Source: the human T2T-CHM13v2.0 reference genome, Homo sapiens
DNA: 64,000 bases
Assembly (NCBI RefSeq): GCF_009914755.1
Contig: NC_060937.1
Direction: 5' to 3' (one strand)
The position numbers and the translations under genes were made by a program. Below, piece by piece: positions 1-11,135 of this stretch; position 1 is the stretch's first letter, and the number at the start of each line of letters is the position of its first letter. The notes under the pieces were generated by a model. The model saw only the letters and a program-made list of their open reading frames with translations. It made no database searches and was not told where the DNA came from.

Positions 1-3000
1 TATATTTCTTCTGTGTAAGAAAGTTAGAATATAGAAAAAAGTTTTTGCAAGCAGTAGAACAAAATATTTGTTAAAATAAAACATGAAACATTATTAAAAC
101 AAAAGGCTATATTAAGTGCAAAAGAGGGTAAATACACATTTTTAAAAGAATAGCAGACAAGTTTAAAGAGATATAACTTGAAGTAGTGTGGACATAAGCA
201 TATATCAAGATGCATTCAAATCTGTATCAATATAACTTTGCTTTTATTATATTTAATGTTATAATTTCAATGTATCTTCATATCAGGGAAGTGTTAATCC
301 TATTCTAATTTTTCAGAAAAATAATTTCTTCTTGACTGAGGGCTGATGATGCTTTTTATTTTAAATATAATAGTTAATAATAAACAGAAAATCAGAAAAC
401 CAAAATGAATGTTCTTCAGGAGAATTAATGATAAATTACACTCAATAGATTTAAACACTACTCACTTTATAAATTTTATTTTTTAAAATTATACTTCAAT
501 TCTGAGGTCTCTTAAGGAACATTGTGCTTTAACTGAATGTATGTATCCTACAACGGTTGTTTTACCAAACAAGAACATCTTGAATGTGTTTATGTTGTAG
601 ACACATTAATGGATTTTTCATATTAAAAATACCAAGACATTTCCAGATTAGAACGTTGTCTAATTCAAGGCAACCTAACATCAATATTGAATTATTACTA
701 AAATTTGTGTGTTCCATAAGTATTGTTTAATCAATGAATTTTTTTATTGTTAAGAACAATATTAGATTGAGATATATTTAAGATAGAGGATAATTTCTCT
801 TAAATCTTCTCAGTTAAGAGCACCAGGAAAATTAATAGACATATTATATTTACAAGCAAACTTTTCAAACTTTCTTCTACCCTTTCTTTGCTATTATCCT
901 TGCCTCTGAGTGTTAATTCATCATTCTTTTTTTGTCAGCTGTCTGCACTGTTATTTGAGGATTTCCAAAATGCCAGAAGGTGCACTAACAGCTGTAGATA
1001 CTTGAGTCAACAAGGTAACATCAGTTGATTTTGTTCTAGACAATACACAGATACATAATTGCACAGAGTACATGTTGTGGAGGCACTTGGCACATTTCAA
1101 AATATAACTTTTTGTTATTGCACTAAGTGCCTGAAGCGGCACAGAATTTTCACAATAATATTTCTGCCCCCAATTATTTTTTAAATTCTGAAAGTTTGGG
1201 GATCAGGTATTCTTCAAGAGTCACAATAAAAAATGTAATTCTCATAATACTTGGATAAGTTACTAAGCAATCTAACCTCTGCATTGCTCTACTTCTTAAA
1301 TGCACTTCAGTGAATGAAACTGAATGTCCCTATTCAGGAAACATGCTCATGGCATCGGTGGCGTTATACCACATATATGCATGTTGTTAATTTAAAGTTT
1401 AGATAAAAAAGCAATCTCTAATTTATTTATGGTATAAAAAGAAGAGAGATAGAACTAGTCACAGATATTGTACCTAAAGAACTTCAATGTCTAAAGGGAA
1501 ATTTAACTCTGATCCTTTAAGAGTAATCCTGTAAGTTATTAAATTAAACTATATCTATATAGTGTTAGTTATAAATTTAGAAACCTAAGTTTCCCAACTC
1601 ATATTATTTGAGGGTATAGTCACTCCAGTCTCTCAGAGAATATGCAGAACATACATCTCTGGTAGATCCATCATCACCTGAACTGATTGGATTAGAGTGT
1701 ACTGAAAGTTTAAGAGGCTACCTTTAAAGTACTAGCAAATGGAGTGATCAGTTAGTGAGTTCAATTTTCCAGATTCCAGGTAGGATGCAAAAACACCTTG
1801 GTCTGTGGCAGGCTGTGCCCCTAGTGAATACAATAGGAAAGCAAACTGAAAGCATCCTGAAGAATACAGAAAGCTAGAACCAGGTCAGAAAATCAAAAGT
1901 AAGAACACGGAACAGTCGTTCCAGTGACTACATAGAAATCAGTCAGGAGAAATAACTAAAGAGTCAGGATTCAGGCTTACATTTCATGTGATGCTGGAGA
2001 TGAAAAAAAAAAAAAAAAGACAGCACTTAAATTTCTTCCACTTTAAAAATTATGTTTGTTTGGTATTTCCTCCTTTACCAATTCTGGCTTACATTTTTAT
2101 TTTTAGAGGTTAGTTCACCTTACCCTTTAAGAAGTTATGATCTATAATATCACAGTCAAGAACACTTTCTGTAAACTCCAACAAAAATGGATTACTAGAG
2201 GAGTCTAACTTGTTTTAAAATCATGTCATAATGTATTATCAACCTTGTAAAGTCTTGCACATATGTATACATATTTGAGAGGAACCTGCATTTGTATAAT
2301 TTCATAGATGTATAGCATCACAAACGTATTAAAAATATTATATATATGCCAATATAATTGTATAAACATGTATTTTTATTTGATGGCAAAAGTTGGTTCA
2401 TAAGCTGGGAGAAATAATTTTCTCCATGATGTTCATTAGTTTATATGTTCATGGGATAATATTCTAATTCATTTTCTAAGTGTATTGTATTTAAGCTTAT
2501 GTCTAAGAATTTTTTTGAATCTAATTTAAGAAGTTTTCATAATTCACTATTTGAAAACATATCACTCATTTTTTTCTTCCTTGCAGAAACTTCTGTACTT
2601 TTTCTCTCAAGGTCATACAGCCCTGAATCTGATAGCAACAGAGCTTCAGCAATAACAGCAGATGCCATCTTAGATTAATGTGAGTGAATGCTTTTTCACA
2701 ATTTTTATAGTTTCTCTTCTTTGCACCCATTTCGTCAGGGAACAATGTTGGGTTCAATGCTGGGTGCCCTAGAGGTGCCCTAGAGTTATTTTAACGAATT
2801 CAATTTGCTTTGCTTTTCATGTAAGCACGGTTTTTCTTCTTAGATATTTTTTGGAGGTAATACGAGAAACTATTTCTTACATAAAATATTTTTAAAAGTT
2901 TACTCTTTATATAAGCCTTCATTATAGAATCATAGAATTAAAAGACCAGAGACTATAGAGATCATCTATTTTACTTTTTCTCAAGGATAATAGACAGAGG

Positions 3001-3360
3001 TTTTTGCCTTACCACCACTCATTTCTATTTTTTCTTTTCTTGAATGCAGTGATTCTCACCTGCTTTGCCCACTTTTCCTATTTCTTCTTTAAGTCAGTAG
3101 TGGAGAATTTAACTAGTTTACTTTTTTGTAGTATATTTTGAATTATGAAACACTAAAGTGGTTTTAAGTCCTCATTTCACATAAAGAAACTACATTGCAG
3201 AGCAGCTTAGCTATTTAACGAAAGAGCACACAAACACCTAGTAGCAGAAGAAGGTCCTGAATGGCTCAGAAATGCAGGGCTATTTCCCCCTGTGAATTCT
3301 AACCTAGGAAGTCTACACATGAAGCCGGAGCTTTGACTCCTTTCCTACTGCACATAACTG

Positions 3361-3652
3361 TTTGGAGACGGAGTCTTAGCCTGTCGCCCAGGCTGGAGTG
3401 CAGTGGTGTGATCTCAGCTCACTGCAACCTCTGCCACCTGGGTTCAAGTGATTCCCCTGCCTCAGCCTCTGCCTCCTGAGTAGCTGGGATTACAGGTGCC
3501 TGCCACCACGCTTGGCTAATTTTTTTGTATTTTTAGTAGATATGGGATTTCACCATCTTAGCCAGGTTGGTCTTGAACTCCTCACCTTGTGATCCACCCA
3601 TTTCGGCCTCCCAAAGTTCTGGGGTTACAGGCGTGAGCCACCGTGCCCGGCC
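3361..3652 (-). mobile_element. Alu (AluSc/Sg-like), poly(A) tail essentially absent
   Basis: GAGACGGAGTCT...GGCTGGAGTGCAGTGG...GTGAGCCACCGTGCCCGGCC is the reverse complement of a full Alu dimer; CCTTGTGATCC variant. Confidence 0.95.
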
Positions 3653-4085
3653 AGAGCATTTTTCATATGCTTATTGGCCATGTGTATGTCTTATTGTGAA
3701 AAAATGTTTATGTCCTTTGTCCACTTTTTAAATAGGGATACTTTTTGTTCCTGTTGTTTGTAGATTCTGGATATTAGTTCTTTGTAAGATGCATTGTGTG
3801 CAGATACTTTCTCCCATTCTCTAGGTTTTCTGTTCACTGTGTTGATTATTTCTTCTGCTGTGCAGAAGCTTTTAAGTTTGATAAAGTCCTATTGGTCTAT
3901 TTTTGTTATTGTCGCATTTGCTTTTGAGGTCTGTCTTAGTCTTGAATTTTTGCCTAGACCAATATCTAGAAGAACTTTTTCTAGGTTTTCTTCTAGTATT
4001 TTTATAGTTTTAGGTCTCACATTTACGTCTTTAATCCATCTTCAGATTTTTGTATATGGTGAGAGATAGGAATCTAGTTTCAGCT
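3653..4085 (-). mobile_element. L1 ORF2 3' fragment (L1PB/L1MA-like)
   Basis: Antisense ORF2 signature in ORF 3794..4069 (FSHSLG.LFT.LI.S.AVQKLLSLI); GATTCTGGATATTAG motif. Confidence 0.85.
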
Positions 4086-4105
4086 GCCTATTTAAAGAAC
4101 TATGA

Positions 4106-4574
4106 TGTAGCTGAGATTTTTCAGTGTACTTGAAAGCTAGCAAGTTAGCCTGACACCATTACATGGATGTTGATAGAAGAGCCAAGACTCTTGGGTCAGA
4201 TACAAAGGTCCTTATTCAGAAATTACAATAGCCTCAGCCACAGTCATACAGAGTAATGTCAAGAGGGCCAGGTGAGACATGCACATGTAATGTGATGCAT
4301 TATAGGAGAGGGACCTGAAACTTAGAGAAACCCACTTTTACAATAGGCAGTAAATATGCCTTCTTTGTTCTGGAGGAAGTCACTAATACTACATGTCAAG
4401 CTCAGAAAAGTTTGCTCTTTGCTATGGAGAGAAATACTGTATCTTTCAAGGCAGTTAAACGTTCTTGAAAACATATTTAATAAGGATTTTTTTAAAAATG
4501 GCAATGAGCAATCAGTGTCACAGCTCTCAAAATGTACAGAAACATAAGAGACCCAGGGATCATTGTCTCCCACC
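4106..4574 (-). mobile_element. Old ERVL-class solo LTR (LTR40-like)
   Basis: Minus strand begins GGGAGACAATGATCCCTGGGTCTC, resembling recalled LTR40 5' end; ends ...CTACA; family from memory. Confidence 0.45.
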
Positions 4575-4935
4575 CACCCCTTTCTACACAATGACAATGT
4601 CTTAATTGTAAGAGCAAAAAAAATAGCATGACAGTTTAAATTGGAACATGCCATTTTTATTTTGTCAGTATAAACTGTCTATTGTTACAGGATCAACCAG
4701 TATGTATTATTGTTTTAAGGAATATATTCATGGATGCACTTAGAACATTTTTTTCTGCCACTTTTGTTTGTTCATTTGTTTTCATCTTGTGTTCTATTGC
4801 TCCAGTTTAAGTCAAACTTGTAATATAAGGTTTCTTAACTTCCTCATAGACTGAGAAAGAGATTCTGAGTTTTACTAAGAATTACCTTGACTCACAGCTT
4901 AGCTATTACAGAGTAGATAGGAACATGTGGCAATT

Positions 4936-5331
4936 TGTTGGGGTGATCAGACCCAACACCAGGTTGTGGGGTTGACAAAGTTCGGTGCAGTCAAAGGATT
5001 GAGAAAAAGACAGTTTGAGAGAGAAATGTGGAACACCAGAGGGCCATCACTATCGTGGAGGCTGCGAAGGCCCCGAGTTCTGGGAGCCCACGGTATTTAT
5101 TGGTAATCCAACAAAGAAACGGTGAGAATGTGGAGGTCAAAAGGGCACATTGCATTAAGCACATGATTTACAGCTGTGATTGTTTAGCATTTATACTGAA
5201 CATGTTCTGCTACTTGAGATAATGGGAATAGGAGCCTAGGAGCAAGGAGCCAGCAAGTCTAGACACATTCCAGAGGACATTATGCAATCCCTGCCTCAGT
5301 TTCCCTCCCAACACTCAGCTTTTTCCCAACA
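4936..5331 (-). repeat. 3' LTR (LTR14A/B-like), 396 bp
   Basis: Minus strand TGTTGGGAAAAAGCTGAG...CACCCCAACA; AATAAA on minus strand near 5100; aligns to 9659-10066. Confidence 0.92.
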
Positions 5332-5350
5332 TGCCCCCCCTTCTCTTTTT
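5332..5350 (-). promoter_or_regulatory. Polypurine tract of the provirus
   Basis: AAAAAAGAGAAGGGGGGGCA-type purine run directly abutting the 3' LTR on the minus strand. Confidence 0.85.
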
Positions 5351-6109
5351 TGTAAAAGAAGGTATCATTATTACTAGCTATCATTATTACTAGCATAAAA
5401 GGTAGCCTTTTAATTGAGCAAGGCGATTGCAGGCTGTGCAGCCCTTAATTGCAGGCTGGTGATCCAGCTTCATTTTTCTTAGCCCTTATTCAAACTGGAG
5501 TCACTCTGGTTTGAATGCTTCCCACATATCTCCCCTTTCCCTTTTACAAGAGGACCCTTAATCCTAGGGGTTTGCAGAAGGATGAAGGTCCGTCTTCTGT
5601 AACTCCTTCCTGCTGAATAGGGGCGATGATATTCCTGCCTATTAGGGTCTCTTGTATTCAGGGTAGAGAGGTGCTGAGTCAGAAAGCATTGGTCCATTAA
5701 GCATTGTGACTCCAGTTGGTCCTTGTTCCATCTTCGTATTCACATTCAACTGGCTCATGGCTCCTACTGGGGGAACCCAGTCCATGGTTGTGATCCATGG
5801 GTCCCTCCAGTTTCCTGTTACATGGTTGTACACATCTTGAGGACATCCGCACGGTTCATTCATCTCATGTAAAAAACACAAGCATACTCTCACCCCCATG
5901 TTAGTAAATCTACTGAAACAGAAGCAAAAACTTCTGTGGCTGTAGCTGGGAGGCATGCCATTGCTGAAGCATTTGTTAACTCCATTTCTGCCTCTTTCGT
6001 TAATTACCATGAGGTAAAACTTTCCAATGATAATGAGAAACAGGCCTTTTTTGATTAACAGAAGGCATAGAGAAAGCAAATTGAGGCTTTTCAAACCTGC
6101 AATTCTCAC

Positions 6110-6238
6110 TGTACATGTGGGTCCACTAGATGCTGTGGCTTATGATAGATCTTCAGATGTTTGGTGGGCACCCACATAGGCATCTGATTGTCACCTGGAC
6201 AGACACAAGCAAATCCTCTTCCCCATAAAATTATCTTT
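6110..6238 (-). pseudogene. HML-1-type integrase C-terminus remnant
   Basis: Minus strand translates to [32 protein letters not shown], the betaretroviral WGRG(F/Y)ACV integrase motif. Confidence 0.8.
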
Positions 6239-8935
6239 AGGTGGGGATCAGAGGAAGTAGACTCAGAGGTAAGGAGAATTTTGGGGACTAATGGTTTCCT
6301 GATGTTTCATAGGTGTTCCCTTGGAAGTTAGGAATTCCCTTTCTCTCCATATTGCTGCGTGGGCATGGAGGACTAGGTAAGCATACTTAGAGTCTGTATA
6401 TATATTTACCCCTTTTCCTTCTCTTAATTCTGGTGTATAAGACCCCTGCTTTTCCTAGGATGTCTCTCGCTACCAAAGGAGTGGGGCTTTCAGGAATAAT
6501 TAGAAAGGCATGTGAAAAGAGTAAAGTTCCCCAGTCACAGCTTAGTGGCTGGGAGAAGTATCTAGTGACTGCCTGTCCTAGGACCCCCTCTAATAGTGAC
6601 AGATCTGGAGGACAGTTGTCCGGGACTGGAGAGTAAGACCGAGAAGGCAGTGCCAGTGTCCAGGAGACAGAACCTCCTGGCTCTCAGTGGTCAAGCATAC
6701 CTGGGGAGGCTGATGGCATGGGCTGGCACTTGGCCCAGGCACCCTCAGTCCTGCTGCTGGATCATTTGGTTAGTGGCTTCTGACTCAGAGGACCTTCGTC
6801 CCCTGGGGCAATGGGCCTTCCAGTGATTCCCTTGACATAAAGGGCATGGACGAGGGGGCAGCTTATTTCTATTCAGAATCTTTTTTAAAGTGTCCTTGTA
6901 GACTGCACTGGAAGCAAGCCCTACTAGGCATTCGATTTTCCTAGCCTTTCCCTTTTCCAGAGCCTCAAAGTCTGCTTGTCTGAGGGTCATGACTAAAGAG
7001 GTGGCTTTTTTTTTTTAAATCCCATTTGTCCTGTTCTGCCTGCTCCTTATCTCTATTATATATTAAAAAAAAAAAAAAAGTTTGCCAAGTTCAATAGGGT
7101 CTCTAAGTTTTGCTCCGGGCCTAACGCAGACTTTTGAAGTTTTTTCTAATGTCTGCAGCTGACTGAGTGATAAATTTATCATTTAAGATTAGTTGGCCTT
7201 CGTTAGAGTTAGGTGACAGAGGTATGCTTCCTCAACTCCTCCCTTTGTCTCTCCAGAAAGGCGGTAGGATTTTCTTCCTTTCCCTGTGTTATAGTGGTTT
7301 CTTCCTAGTTTTCCTTAGTCCTTCTAACACTCAAGTTAGCAAACGTCTGCGGCACCAATCTCCATATTCTGATTCTGCGTCCCACTACACTGGGAACTGC
7401 CTGCTGGCCTGTGGGGAGTTGTTCTCTTTCCTCTGTTGTCATCTTATCATTGACCTGACTGAGATACCAGAGATTGCCAAAATCTCAGGCTGCAGTTATG
7501 GCGGCACTTGAGGTTAACTCTCTCATTTGAGGTTAGTGTCTGATGTAGCAGTAACATTATATCTATGTCAAATCAAAGGATTGTCCTAACCCTTGTAAAA
7601 CATCAACTAGAGCCATCAGGGTTATCTGAGAATTTACCTAGGTCTATTTTGTTTCAGGTCTGAGAGGGAGAAAGGTTCATACACTCTGACTGGGCCGAAT
7701 TCTCCAGAATACATATTAGGGGAGTTTTTGCCTTGGGGGGAACGTTTCCCATCTGAAAAAAAGAACACAGGGATGCCAGCACCCCTAGTCATTTTCCGAA
7801 GCCGATGAGCATTAGTCCTAGAGCGTCCTCTATGATCCTAATGCTTATTCTCTTCCAGGGTGCGTAACCACCCATAGACCTCTGCTTATCGGATTAGTTA
7901 TGCTCACCGATGTAGCAGTCCTGCATCTGTTTTCCTGCCTTTCTTGACCGCAAAGAAAGGGGCCTGGGCTGCTGGATTCTAGTGGTCCTTTACCAGCATG
8001 CCCACCATTGCCTTTGTGCTCAGAGGTGAGTTCTAGAGCTGGGCTGGGTTCCTGAATATTTCATAACAACCCAGCTGCCCCATCAAGATGTATTCCCATA
8101 AACAACAGTTCTTATGCAAGTTCATTTTAGAGAGGGTGTAGGTAACCTTTTGAGTCAGGATTGAGAGAGTTTGATTCTGTGAGTATTTTAAGGCTTGGCT
8201 GAGTGCAAACAGCTCGAACGTTTAAGCAGATTATTAGGCAATTTTCCTAACTCTGCTTCTACAAGACTTTCCCTATCAATTACTGAACACCCATTGTTTG
8301 TTTCTCTTTTCTCAATCACCCGGGAGGAACCGTCTATCATCCTGTCCTGAAGGGAGTTCCTCCTAGGTCTGGTCGGACTTTTGTGTGGTAATTAAGGTTT
8401 AAATCCCGTTAGGAAACCTGCTAGGTTAAGGGAATTTTCAGTGGTTAATGTTAAATCACCTTTTTCTAACAGAATAGCCCCATACTTTAAGATTGGGTTA
8501 GTAAGCTACCTTTTTGTTTTTTTTGTTTTGTTTTGTTTTTTAACTTAGGATAGCTCTGAACTGGTGAGGTGTGCTCAGAATGAGGTTTCCTCTAAAGTTT
8601 ATTTTTTCTACTTTCTTCTGCTGGCAAAGCAGTTGCTGCTACAGATTGAATGCATTTGGGCTATCCATGGGTTACCAGGTTAAGGATTTTTGATAGGAAG
8701 GCTACTGGTTGTCAGTGGTCTCAGTGCTTTCAGGCTACTCCCTTGTTTACGCTGACAACAAGGTAGTATTGAAGTATTGTAGGGTCATGGAGAAGACCTT
8801 CAATTATCAATTATAGGTTTTAAATTTACCCTGGCTTTTAAAGGAATAGGGTACACTTTTTTCTTTACTTGTGTATCTCTTTCTCCTTTTGTAGATGGAT
8901 TTTGGAAACACAGTGGAATGACGTTTGCTGTCTTC
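6239..8935 (-). pseudogene. HERV-W (HERV17)-type leader, deleted gag, protease and RNase H fragment
   Basis: gag start MGNVPPKAKTPL (ATG at 7752-7750); NC PPRPCPLCQGNHWKAHCPRGRRSSESEATNQMIQQQD* (ORF 6745..6990); protease YFSQPLSCDWGTLLFSHAFLI; RNaseH VNIYTDSKYAYLVLHAHAAIW. Confidence 0.88.
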
Positions 8936-9535
8936 CCTGCTGGATTATAGTTACGGGAAATTGCCATGCTTCAAGGTATCCCTTGGCTCTAGCCTTTTGA
9001 ATAGAATTTTTTATAACACCACCAATTGCTCCAGGTTTTAACGTTGCAACTACAGTAGAAGTTTTGTAGCTAATTCATCTTCTTGCCCATTAAGGGGAGA
9101 GAGGAGGTAGCCTTTTTCGGCAGTTGGAGCTGACGGGCTAGTAAAACACGCTTTTTTCAGTTTTCCTTTTCTTTAATTTCCTGTTCCTCACATTCAGAAT
9201 CTGAGGTTAGTTTTTTATACTCGTCCTCCTCTTCCTCATCTGAATCTGCCTCATCATCTGTTTGAAAAGGCTCAAGAGCTGCTTTTATTAGCACCTGCAT
9301 TGACCAAACAGACTGGAATTTTTGCTCCATGTTTATGAGCTTTTTTTTTTTAATTTCTGCCAATTCTCTCCCATTCATCTAACTCCATAGTTCCTTGTTC
9401 CAGGAACCATGGACAAAACTGCTTTACTGCACCGAAGAGTGATAAATTCTGAGTACTAAATTTCACTCCCTCTCTTCATGATAAATGCCTTAAGAACTTT
9501 AAATAAGCAGAATGTCTGCTTTCACTTTGTCCTAT
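8936..9535 (-). pseudogene. HML-1 gag 5' part (matrix and acidic spacer), frameshifted
   Basis: GQSESRHSAYL...FCPWFLEQGTMELDEWERIG and IKAALEPFQTDDEADSDEEEEDEYKKLTSDSECEEQ (ORF 9157..9378). Confidence 0.85.
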
Positions 9536-9636
9536 TTTCACCCTGGTTCTCCTGAGCACTCAGGTTTCCCACCAAGCTTCTTATAGACATCTTCCGTGTT
9601 CACGTGCTCTGGCGTTCCTTCATTGGGGTCTTTGTT

Positions 9637-9654
9637 GCCCCACGTTGGATGCCA
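9637..9654 (-). promoter_or_regulatory. Primer-binding site, tRNA-Lys(CUU) type
   Basis: Minus strand TGGCATCCAACGTGGGGC versus TGGCGCCCAACGTGGGGC (16/18), 4 nt after the 5' LTR. Confidence 0.88.
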
Positions 9655-9658
9655 GGAA

Positions 9659-10066
9659 TATTGGCGTGATCAGACCCAACACTAGGTCATAGGGGTGACA
9701 AAGTCCGGCGGAGTCAAAGGATTGAGAAAAAGACAGTTTGAGAGAGAAATGTGGGACAGCAGAGGGCCATCGCTTTTGTGGAGACTGCGAAGGCCCTGGG
9801 CTCTGGGAGCCCACAGTATTTATTGGTAATCCAATAAAGAAACAGATGGTGAGAATGTGGAGGTCAAAAGGGCACGTTGCGTTAAGCACATGATTTACAG
9901 CTGTGATGGCTTAGTATTTATATGGAACATGTTCTGCTACTTGAGATAATGGGAATAGAAGTCTAGGAGCCTAGAAGCAAGGAGCCAGCAAGCCTAGACA
10001 CATTCCAGAGGACATTATGCAAGCTCTGCCTCAGTTTCCCTCCCAACACTCAGCTTTTTCCCAACA
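9659..10066 (-). repeat. 5' LTR (LTR14A/B-like), 408 bp
   Basis: Hand alignment with 4936-5331: about 32 substitutions plus 4-bp and 8-bp indels. Confidence 0.92.
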
Positions 10067-10959
10067 GCAATTGCACTAAGAGTTAGCACTAGAATGAGAC
10101 AAATATAGGAAGAAGGAAATGTGCAAGCAAACCAGGAAAAAAAACAGTGTAAGTGAAATATCACAAATTGTATACTTCCTATCAGTTTTTACTATAATAA
10201 CTTAAAGACTGTCGTCGTATTTTTATCTGTGTAGTTTTGTAAACATACCTATTCTATAATATTAGATACAGAATAATCAGGTACAATCTATCTTGCCTAT
10301 TTTGTTTTATATATTAACTTGTTCATTTTTAATTTTTATATCTTCTTTATAGATATAAGTATTAAGAGAGAAGGGAATACATTATTTTGTCTAATTACTG
10401 TAGAAGTGTGCCTGGTAGAAGAAGAAATTGTGAATGTTAGTCGAATATGCAAATAAATAAGGAAAATATTATGACTTTTGTGCTTCAGAGATTATGGTAT
10501 TGTGTCAAGGTATAACGTTTCCAAGAACCTATATTTAAACAGCAAACAATAAACATAGTAACAATATAAACATATAAACAATATAAACATAGTATATTTT
10601 ACTATATTTAAAATATAGTAAACTATATTTAAATAGCATCCTTTAAATGTTTTTCTAACATAATAAACATAAAAAAAAAGTTTCAAGATTACACAAGGTA
10701 GACATATAAATGAAATTCAAATATAACAATCCTTAATAAAATGGCAAAAAATTATGCTATTATTATGACACTTGTATACTTTCAGACATAAGAAAACATA
10801 CTTGACTTAATTTTCTTTTAAGTGCATACTTATGAAATAAAGCTAAATATGTTAAGCTAGAAATATCATTAAAGTAAATCATTATAATACATTTTATTAG
10901 CCTCTTTTAAAGACACTGTATGTTTCAAAGGACTTAGTGATATTTGGTGTTGCTTAGCA

Positions 10960-11135
10960 ACATGAGCTTTGGAGCAATACAGACCTGGGTTCAGATTCAA
11001 GTCCTGCAATATTTATGTAACTTTGGACAAAATATTAAACCTTAAATAGCTTCGATACAATGTTCTATAAAATAAAGATAATGTATAACTTTTTGAATAA
11101 TATATGAGATTGTACACAAAAAATGTTTAGCATTT
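10960..11135 (+). mobile_element. MIR fragment
   Basis: GCTTTGGAG...AGACCTGGGTTCAGATT...GTAACTTTGGACAA...CTATAAAATAAAGATAAT MIR-like core. Confidence 0.55.

Larger units (their letters stand above)
4936..10066 (-). mobile_element. Defective hybrid provirus: HERV-K14 (HML-1) LTRs and ends with HERV-W (HERV17) interior
   Basis: Two direct LTRs, 6-bp TSD GCAATT (4930-4935 and 10067-10072), Lys PBS, PPT, betaretroviral gag 5' end, HERV-W gag/pro/RNaseH peptides. Confidence 0.9.

Noticed and set aside
5642-6109. 155-aa ORF in the provirus 3' region
   Set aside because: Non-ATG start, not in the frame of the recognisable RT and integrase motifs, crosses mosaic junctions; no evidence of a real protein
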